From Chrysomallon squamiferum (taxonomy: Eukaryota; Animalia; Mollusca): DNA of 64,000 nucleotides. Position numbers and translations under genes: made by a program. The stretch spans positions 28,024,001-28,088,000 of the forward strand of contig CM022665.1 in assembly GCA_012295275.1 (NCBI GenBank), given 5' to 3'. Below the pieces are notes generated by a model. That model worked only from the letters and a program-made list of their open reading frames with translations, was not told where the DNA came from and did not search any database. This document shows, in pieces, positions 1-11,561 of the stretch (within the stretch, counting starts at the first letter, position 1; the number at the start of each line of letters is the position of its first letter).

Positions 1-67
1 AACATTAAAATCAACTCCAGCACATTTCCAGCATTTAATACAATCCAAATCATTTTGCATAACAGCA
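1..67 (-). CDS. ASPG: ASPG exon 13 (partial, ankyrin region; (S)[22 protein letters not shown]...)
   Basis: tttcag acceptor (AG at 69-68); phase 2 matches exon 12; open to the window edge. Confidence 0.85.
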
Positions 68-3000
68 CTGAAAAAAAAATTAAAAATTAAATTAAACAGA
101 AAAATCAGTGCCCTATTCATTTATTCATTAATGGTATAAAATGATTACAGTAGTACTGAATGTTGATTATTTTTATTATAAAAGATCAACAGAAAAGAAC
201 AAACAGCATATTTTTGTAGTAGACTGATACGGCAGTGCTGCCCAACGTCCAGCCCGCTAGTCGGTCTTCAATTTATTCCTTAACATTAACGCAGACGCTT
301 ACTACTGTTATTTTTATTATTGAAATACAAAGCCATTTATTTGAACAAATGTTTTTTTAATCTTGATCAATTGTTAAATTTGTTTTATAGAATGTAAGGT
401 TCTAAATCAAAATTTGTAATGGTCATTTCGTATTCATGTAATGTCTGGAGACTATAATTTTTTGATAGCAGTGAAGAAGTAATAGAAATAGTATCATATG
501 TTTAAATTGAGTTATGAATTATAATTGTATAATGGATAATTTCTATAAATAGAATAATAGAATCAATGTTTTCAGTTCTGAATACTTTTTCAAACCATTT
601 CAAGTAGTTGTATTAAAAAATGATAGGCTAGAAATGTGAGTCCAGCCCACTGGCATCGTTTTTTCTTAAATCCGGCCCATGTTCAGAAAAGGTTGGGCAG
701 CACTGTGATAAGGTATTAATATACAGTCTTAACATGTTTACAGAGCAGACAATGAATTTCTCAGTGAGTGATACAAAAATTCATTTGTAGTTTCTTTTAT
801 CTCTAACTCAGTGGACATTGCAAATCAAAATTCTTTGCAGTTTTACAGAATGGCTGCAAAAAAAAATAAAAAAATAAAAATAAAATGAAAAAAAAAAAAA
901 AAGGTGGTAGTGGAAGTGAAGATACACAGTTAAGTGTGATATAAAATTTGTGAACCTTTGTTTTAAAATTTTTTGTCTTTGTTACTGACAGTGTACACCT
1001 TCAAAGTTCCAGAGATATTTTCAAAAAAACAAAACAAAAGAAATTAAAAGTAAAAAGATGGGAAATAGTGATAGTGTGATAACTTAAAAATAGTTTGGAA
1101 AACCACTATTTAAAATTCTTTTGAGTTAATTCCACTCTGTACCTGCAGAGTTCCAGTGCTGTTTTCATGGGTGCCCAAGGAATGGTAGCTCCAGCCTGTA
1201 CAAGCATCTTGACTGCAATTTGATCTTTCATGCTCAGAGAATCAATCAGAGGTGTGTCACCTTGATAATCTCTGCAGTGCACAGATGCTCCGTGGTGAAG
1301 CAGGTACTGAATTGTCTGATGGTGACAGCATCTGCATGAAACATGTAATGGTGTGCGACCATCTTGGTTACCAACTGACAAATTTCCTCCCTGGACAAAT
1401 TATAGCATATCATTACTGAATAAATTTACAAAAAAAAAGGTATTAATACCTGAAAGGTATGGAACATTATTATATTTACAAATAAAGGAAAAACATTATG
1501 CTGCATAAGTATACACTTAAATTCTGTCTTGTTAATATTAATTAGAATTTGAAAAAAAATTAAATTTCTTTGCAGACTAAGTTATCAAAGAATACACAGA
1601 ATTTCATATTATTTTAGTATATTACTTACATAAACAACAAATACACAGACTGAATGAAGCCAACAAAAACTAAATGTAGTAATATGAGCACAACATTGTC
1701 TTTACAAACTAATTAGAAGAGCATTTGCACATTTAAGTGAACTGTTTTCAATACAATACATTACTAATACTTTAATGGTTATCTATATGGTTTATTAATA
1801 AAAACAGATGTTTCTAAGTTGAACATTCATAAAAAGAGAATGCAAATGTAGTAAAATGTTAACTGACTGTTTGTCTCAGTTTTTCCAGTGCTGGAATGTC
1901 CCCTGTCTTTGCAGCAGCACACATCAAGTTAGGATAAAGAGCATCTCGAAGTTTTACAATCTCCTATAAGCAGGATATGGAAAAATAAAATAAATTATGA
2001 AACGGACTAGAATGTGAGAAATAAATAAAAAGTTTTATCTCAAACTAAATGAACACATTATCTCAAAATGCTGTGATTTCTTGCCCCATAACAACTCAAA
2101 TATTTAACAAATGTTGTTAAGTTTTACCTTCGGAGAAATACGTCATTACCTAAATGTTGCAATGTCTTACAGCCTGGCTTTTTAAAATGTTGCTATCTTT
2201 TAACACCTACTATAATATTACAAACATTGCCGTATTTCACAACCTGACTACTGCAATATTATAAATGCTGGTGCATCTTACCTCCCGACTGCTGAGACAG
2301 AGAGTTTTGGCAACACTTTCTATCAGCTCAAAATCAAGAATCGAAATTTCTGCATGTACATCTGCAGTCATTTCTCCTCTTAAATTGCGACCCATCATCT
2401 AAAGAAATAAAACCGACATTCAGGATGTAAACACATACAGTTAAAAAAACTAACAATACTGTTATAATAATATCTATTTTTTTCTACTAATTTAATGAAG
2501 ATTTGCAGATTCAACAGTAACTTATTATTCATGATGCTCATATATTATCTGTACAAATTAATGTCATCTTTCTCTGTATTGTTTCCAAAAAGAAAAGAAA
2601 AAAAGAAGATGATATATAGATTCAACAGAAACAATCACTCTCTCATACTGTTGAGCTAACATGATCCCCATTTTATTATTATTATTTTTTTTTTTCAAAC
2701 AGTAACTATTCTATTAATCAATCATCACATCCAGCAAGTGACTTTGAGTCATAGACCATTTGGGGAAAACTCTGTCATGATCACCAGTTCCCTCTTGTGA
2801 AAAATATTTCACCTTTCTTTTCTTAGCCAGATTCCATTCATCTTTGCCAAGTACATACGTCAGTTTGGCCAGTGCTGCTTCTGGAGTCATATCGTTTCCA
2901 GGAATTACACCAGCATCATAAAGTGCCTGAAAAACACAATTAAACATACAGTTTCAAACTGCAACCAAAACAAAGAGCAACATACATACACAGTACAGAG

Positions 3001-5452
3001 ATAGAGAGCTACTGTAGAGACAGTAACACATTTATATACAGCAACAGTATAGAAAACAATGGCGATATATACATTATAACACAGTACAGACTACAATGGA
3101 TATATACAGATGCAGTACTGAAAACTATACAGAGATATACAGTTACAGTAAAGATTGAAATAAAAAGAACATTTAATTAAAATGCTATGAAATAACTTCC
3201 TGATGTTCGCCATTCTACATAAGACAGTCCACTCACCTTCCCAGTGGCATACGAAGTGCTAACACTGCCTCTAACACACTGAGTTATGTTGACTATGATC
3301 ACACCCCAGTTACAGGCCTCTCTGAAAGCCTGTAACAGGTCAGGCCTGTTATCAGGGGCATTTCCTGCACCATAAGTCTGAACTACTATTCCCTGCATTG
3401 GTGGCCGGCAGAACGCAAGAACCTGGAGAGGAAATCAATGTTACAAATGTGCTATTCAGCAATAAAAATAAAATTAAACAAAACAAATTTAACTAGGAAT
3501 GAAATGTGCCAAACAAACAGACATGTTAAACTGATATGCATGTTATCGTTTAAAAAGAAGTTACAAATTAGATTTAGAGTAAAAATACCATCAATAATTA
3601 TGAATTAAACAATAAAGAATAAGTCTTTAACAAAATGTTTGGAGATTTTATTTTCTTGATGCAGCAGAAGCAAATTATATAATGGACATAATTAAAAAAT
3701 ACCTTTTTTGGTAATTAATAACAAAGGGACAGTTGATAGAGGCTCTAGTGTATTATCTTACTGTATACAAAGTCTCTTGTACATCTGCCAGGTAAATGTT
3801 TCACTTGTTAATGGATAAAATGACAGCTATCAAACATTTTGCAGTAGAATTATTTTGTCATACTTTAAGAAAAATGATAGGTGGCATAAAAACTTAAATA
3901 ACTTTCGAAGTAAAGATACAAATTTTCAGGCTGTTTATCTGTACTACCACAGATATGTATTTAATTAATATGTTTATTTACAAGATAAATGTTTAAAACT
4001 AGTGTCTCACAGTCTGTGTTGTAATTCCTGGGAACAGTCTTAACAGGGCAACGTTAGGACAGAGAGAGGTGTGCACTTTGAACTTTTCAACCTCCTGATT
4101 GCGAAATATACTGGACCAGTCCACTAAAATAAAATTTTAAAAACAAAAAGTACAAAAAAGACACATCACAACTGATAGGATAAAAAAAATATATAAAACA
4201 ATGAAAGAATCAAATACTCCCAGAACAAGTACAAACAGAAAATTTTAAATGTAAATATTCCAAGCTCAAATTTAACTTGCAGTTTAAAGCAGTATGCAGA
4301 ATTACTGAACAGTCTTTCCCATGAAACAAAGTGGTATCTAACAAAAGAAATGCAGAAAATCAATTTACAATGCCACAGAAATCTAATAAAACATTTCAGA
4401 TACTCATCAGTCATTGTTTGAATGAGCATGTGGTGCTATCTATCAAATAGAGATTGAACCAATATAAACAAAAAACAAAATGACAGTACTTGAGAAACAG
4501 TTTTCAATGTTTTGCTTAAACACCTCATTCAAATAAGGACCAGTGAGTATTTAAGATGTTTTATTAAATTTCTACTACATTCTAAATTGATTTCCTAGGT
4601 TTGTTTTGTTCGAGATCACTTTATTCTAAGGGGAAAAAGTATTAGGGCCTGTTTCAGGAATTTTACACATCCCAGTTTTCTATATACTGACTCAAAATAA
4701 AAACTCATGTAAAAGGTCAAACAGAAAATATAATGATTTACTCTTTACCATGTATGTCAATTGCCAAAGTAACCAGAGGCAGCATGTTTGGGGAAGAAAA
4801 AGCTGAAAATCTTGTAGCATCTTGTTTAATACAACGATTACCTCGGAAAACTTTCCTGTCAAAGCAGATCATTACCTAAAAGAGGAAAAGAAATCCAGAC
4901 CAATATATTCCTGCATATCAATGAATAGGAGACAAACAGACAGACAGACAGAGACAGAGAGAGAGAGAGAGAAAGAGAGAAATTTTCCACATTATGAACA
5001 CTATAAAAGAGCAGAACAGACTTTAACTACACATGCATGCACTAACTGCTTGGTGTATATCCATATACAATTCTTATTGAAAATGTTATTGTTTTATCAT
5101 AAAAATTAACATGATTTTAGAAAATGTCTAATTATTCTCTTGTAGTAGGATTATCAAACATTTCTCTTAATTTTTTTCTTGACTGATGATTCTAGATGGC
5201 ACAAGTAAAGAAGAAAAAAAATCATCTCATTTGTGCAATTAAATGTTTTGGCATAAAGAAAAATCAAAGGATTAAAAGACAGACACTAACCTCAGGAATA
5301 CTGTAATTTCCTGCGACAATAAGAGATGAAATGAAATTATCCCTACCATCACTTCTTGCTTCAAAAATAGGAATCTGTCAAAATTTAACGATATTAATAA
5401 TGATTAGAATTTGCTATAAGCAAAGACTAGTTACCAATCATATACATGGAAT

Positions 5453-5500
<48 letters not shown>

Positions 5501-5934
5501 GCAGCTTAAATTATAATTTACAAATATACAAAAATGTATTCAAGCAAGGCATTTGCAATGAAACAGTTTCACTCAAGATGAAATAGTTATAAAACAAGAT
5601 CTACGGTCATAACATGTTATAAAATTATTATAGATTTCATTTGGTTTATTAAATTTCTTCTTCTTCTTGACTGCTGATGTTTTCTCTGTTCTCTGCTATT
5701 GCCAAACATTCATTCAGAACAGGGATTTTTTTCCCCTTTTAACTTGCTGTGGTAATGACAACATAAATAACAGTACATTAATAATTTACCTGTGAGCCAG
5801 TACAAACAATTGGTTTTCCTAGATTTTCACACATGAAAGACAGAGCAGAAGCTGTGTAGGCCATGGTGTCAGTACCATGTAAAACAACAAAACCATCATA
5901 CAAGTCATACCTTTCCTAAATAAATAATAACATC

Positions 5935-5993
<59 letters not shown>

Positions 5994-8900
5994 AGTTAAC
6001 AAGTAAATGATAAAAAAAAAACTTGTCAAAGGCTGTGTAAGACAATATGGATATTAGATAAAAACAACAAAACCATGAAATGTGTTAATTTTCCTAACTA
6101 AATAAAAATAAAATATTGTACAAACTTAACAAAGGTATCACTATCTATAAAACAAACCTATTGCCTTTATCATTTTATCAAAAAAAAAAAATCTGTTATT
6201 TATTTGTTTGATTTAACTAATTTAATAGGCAGAAAATCTCTAGACCCAGGTAATAGAGAAACAAGGTCATTAAATGTTGTCAAAAAAAAAAAAATCTTTA
6301 CAATGAAACACAAGCAAAAGGTATAAAAACTAGATTTATTTTTCAGCTATCTAAAATTCAAACTGTATTAGTTATTTTGGATAAAAGAGAATTATAATAG
6401 CAAGTATATTCATATATTATTTTATATCTTAATAAAGAATAAAAACAAATGTTATTATAGTTGAATATATCATGTATCTAATAAATATGGCATTTATAAA
6501 TTATGCAATATTAAAAAAAATACCCAGCCCTTATAATGACAATAAAATATATTCCATTAAATTTACCATCTCCAACCACATTTACAACATAACAAAATAA
6601 ATAACATTGTGAAATATATCATCATCAACACAAATGACATCATGAAAATTCAAATATGATATCATAAAAAAAAAAAAAAAAATAAAAGAAGACATTATTA
6701 CAAATAATAAAGTATATCGCACCATCTAATAAAATACATTTTGTCACATGAAATATACTTGCATGTATGCGTGTAGCTATTGCTGCCCAATCTTTTATAT
6801 CCATATTGGATGAGTCAAGAAGAGGATCAAACTCCTCCACAATATATACCACTCTTTGAGATTTGCAAGAATGTCTGAAAGAGATGTCATTAAAGTAGAA
6901 ACAGTGAAACCACAACACAACATGAAATTCTTACCTTGCAGTGTTGTTTGGCAGGGTAAAACAAAACTGGAAAATTTATACTGAGCAGATTATAAAGAAA
7001 ATTTTATTAAAGGCAAAATTTAAACAAAGAAAGCTTGGTGATAGAAATTATTTTGAAAATATGCATTATAAAAAAGAAAAAAGAAGTGGTATTAAGTCCA
7101 TGAAAAATGTGATCATGGTGTACCAGTGTCTGAAAAATGTTAAATTCAGAGAAAACAAATGTGTGTTTATAAACAATAATTTAAAATAAAAAGTGTTTAA
7201 TCACTAGACTGCATAGAAATATTAATTTTTAAAAACCCTAAACAAATCAAACATTTAGTTCAATAATCTGTGTCTGTGAATATGAACATGCGCACACACA
7301 CACAAACATACATAAAAATACAGTTTTGTGTGTGTGTTATAAATATTTCATTAATACAGAATACAACAGTAGTTGTAGATCAACCAGCACCCAAGAATAT
7401 TAATATTTAGTGACAAAACTAATTTCCGATTATTTGTAGACCATATTGCCATACAGTAGAAACTTAATTCAAAATGATAGAGGCTAAATCAATAAAATAT
7501 TGAAAGGTTTCAGAATTTTAGTGCAGTGGTAAAAAAATCTTTAGTCAGTTACTATATAAAGTAACATATAATAACTATTATATGGTAAGAAACTTGATGA
7601 AATATCATGAAAGACATGCTGTTAAATAATCTCAAAACATATGGTAAATCTTTTAAATATGAAATATTCCACACTACAAATAAATTAGTAATACTGAAGT
7701 ATTTCAATAAAAATATTACCTTGAATAAGTTAGTTTTAAGGTTAATTAGAGTGACAGTAAGGGAAATATGTTAAGTTAAAAAAAATGCTTTCTTTTTGTG
7801 AACTTAGTTCTGTACTGATAGAGAAATTTTTTTTAATTAATTTTTCAAAACTTAGCAATAAAATAATATATCAAAAATTATTTTTTTTATTATTTTTTTC
7901 TTAATATCAATTTTTTTGTTTTAAACTGTTTATGTTTGATTTCTTGCCATATAAAAATATTCTTTATTTCATGAAGCATATTTATTAAATTATTAAAATC
8001 CTAAAGGAGTAACTATACAACACACAGTCTTTATTATTCACTGCTAATTTATAATATAATTTTTTTTTTTTTTTGTTTTACTTTTATTTTTTAATCACCA
8101 TCAAAAATAGAAAAATATATTCTACCAAATTAAACTAAGTGAAAGATAATTCTGGATTAATCTCAGTAATCCAAATTAACTTCATTTCTTAAACATTTAG
8201 GTCACTAAATAAAATATGACCTTGTATTGTATGTCAGTTTAAAAACAATATCATTTAGTTTGAATAGATACTTATAATATGAGTCAGGGGTATAATCCAA
8301 CATTTTGCAAAAAATTTCCACATGACCTGGTTTTCATCATAAAGAAAAAAGAAATAAAAAATTCAATAAGTACAAATAATGACTGAAGAACATACTAGAT
8401 ATACTCTCACTTGGATCCTTGTATGTAATGAGTTGATTGTAATTAATAGTAATGTCCAGCTTTCATATTATTCTTTTCTTTTTCCATCCAAACTGAGAAT
8501 GAAATCTCAAGGATTTAGTAATGGATAAAGCTGTTGTTAAGGAGACAGCATGTCAGTGTTAAATGTTATAGGTTATGAAAAATTGAAAAAAAAAAAAAAA
8601 AAAAAAAAAAAAACAGAGAAAAAAAGGAGGTAACAGTCAATGTTTAATTCCTAACGAGTGGTGTGGCTAACAAAATGAAATAGCATTAAATAGTCCATGA
8701 ACAAGGGAGTTCTTGTGTACAGGAGATCCTTAAAGTTACTCTTTAAAAGCATTATGAAGATGTAGATCATTCAGCATAACAAAAAGGTGAGGGTAAACAT
8801 TTGGTAACCAGACAGCCACTTCACAAATGAGACCATTAGCCACATTCTCTACAGCTTAAATAAAACAATAATTTTAAGAGTAACTTGGTGGACCTTTCAT

Positions 8901-11522
8901 GCACCTGAGAACCCCATTAGCCTAAAGATTATAGCATCTGTTATCAAAACAAAAATGCCATCAATTTTACAATCATTAAATTTAATTTTTTTTATTATTA
9001 TTTTTTTATTATTATTTCTTTTACATATTGTATGTGCTTCAACAAAGAATACAGTATTTATATTTTCTGAATATTACTGAAGTAATTTCATCCTGCACAT
9101 ATTAATATACTATATAACTGTCACTGTAATAATTATTGAAGAAAGAAACAATTTTATTAATAGTGATTAAAATTATTTGTTAAAAGAATTTTTCAGTTTG
9201 TAAAATTATGGAGTATGTGAGGATACAATGTAAAATTTTGTATATAAAATTAGAAATACTGGGTAGTTATTTTTAACATTGCCACTGCTGTATTAATTTG
9301 TTTTTCATTAGTTGTAAGGACTACCCAATCCGCACTAACTTGACTAATGCTGGCATACTAAAAGTTAATAAAGCTGAACAAGAGAGTGGCATTGGCAGTG
9401 TACTTGCCTAATCTTCCATTTATGCTGCCAGTTTCTTCAGTAATTCCTAAACAGAATTACATAACTGTTGGTAACAGTATGTAACAACACAAGCTGTGTA
9501 TTACACCATTGTATATATGTATATATTACTTACAGATGTGGACAGATGTTTTAGCCTGGACATTTCAACATGATTTTAATCAATCAAAATAATTATTATT
9601 ACATTGCTCTGGTGGAAAGAATGGATGTTTTGGTATCAACAAAAATAAAGAAAAATATTTTTTGGTTTAAAAATGTATTATGGAAATTTAAAAAAAAAAA
9701 AACACCAAAAGACATCAAATGTAGCTAATACTTTCTATTATGATTCAAAATATAGGAAGAAAGCTTTTTTAAAAATTAATTTTAAATATCATTTTTTTAC
9801 CTTTACTGCTTTTTATATAGGCAAAACAATAGGCCATTTGAAAACTTTTTTTTTTCACCAATTTAGCTTTACATTATTCAATCATGAAGAAATAACAAAG
9901 TGATAATATTTGTATATGCACACTGAAGGGTTCTTGAGGCTAAATACATGTAAGCAAAAGTAAACTGGATGGGCAGAAGTGTCTGTAGCCAAAACATCCC
10001 ACATTATTCACAACAAATATATATCTATTGTCCCTGGCTTGATGTTTTCTCTGGTATCTGAATCTAAATCATTGTTTTAAAATGTATCATTACTTGAATG
10101 AAAAATTAAGTCAAATGTTAATAACATAATGAAGACTCACTTCCATTTTCTTTGCAGTGTAGTTTTGATTGGTTAAAACTCATCAACACTTACTTTTTAA
10201 AATAACTATGAAAAGCATAATGGTGAAAAAAAAAAAAAAAAAAAAAAGAAGAAATAAGGTAATTAATATCTGAGAATAAAAGAAACTATTAATTTAACAA
10301 AATAATTTTCATAGCAGTTAATGATATAAAAAAATAAAAATAAAATAATAGAAGAACAAGGACAGTTGATAAAAGACATCAAAAAATAAAAACAACAGTT
10401 AAAAGATGTCTAAATAATATATTTATACTATTACATAATTATATACTGAAAGAAAGCACAGTTACTTGACTTGTTCAATAGTTTTAATAAAGCATGCAGG
10501 GTGTTAAGATTGCTTTTATTAAATTACAAGATCACTCAAGATCTTAATTTTATTTCAAAAATAAAAATATATAAAGATTTACATACAGGGACTCTTGGAT
10601 CTGACAAAAATATGCTGCATTTTATAGTGTGCCAGAAAAGACTGATTTCATTATCAGAAATTGTTCTAGTAATACCAATATATTTATAATAAAATATTAT
10701 TTAACATGAATATTTATTAACAAGTGATGATTTCTCAATAGTACTTAATGCTTTACTGGAAGTTTTACACTTTATTTCATTTATCATTTCTGGGGGAAAA
10801 TTCTCAACATGCATATGGACAATGAACAAATGTAATTCTAAACTGAATGTGCATCTAAAATCCAGATGAGACAGGATTTGGTATTCTAATAATTGTACAA
10901 GTATTTGAAATCATTCCAATTTAGTCAGAGTCCACTGTATATAAATTTATAAATTCAGTTAATATAGTTGTGTTAGTTTATGTTTCTAAAACAAAATATT
11001 GGATACTGATGATAAAATATTTTATTTCCAAAATGTAATAAATTAAAATGAAAATATACTAACTGAATAGCCTTATAAAATCTGTTTGATTTTCGTTGTT
11101 TTTTATTAACCACCATTTTACACTGTGTCCAAATGGGTTATGTGATTGCAAGCATGCAATACATAGCATTGTACTACACATAGATTGCACTCAATCTAAA
11201 TAAAAATTAATTATTCAAAAACTATTCAAACAAACCTGTTTCTTTAGAAAATGGAAATTACTGTTTACTATATATAAATTAAAATATGTGACCTTATTTT
11301 TCATTTTAATGGATATTTCCATTTACTAAAGAAATGTAAGTTTATCTGAAAATTCAGTTTATTTTTTGTTTTCATTTTTTGCTTGTGTGAAATTAATGCA
11401 CTCATAAAAGATACGGACAAAAACTCTGCTTCTCACAATAACATTAGTTAAATGCACAGCAAACTAAAATGTAAAATGAATCTGCTTGGGACAGCAACCT
11501 TACAAATAAATAAAATAATTTC

Positions 11523-11561
<39 letters not shown>

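Noticed and set aside
8662-8844. 9-bp inverted repeat tgtggctaa / ttagccaca
   Set aside because: Too short, no TSD; compatible with chance
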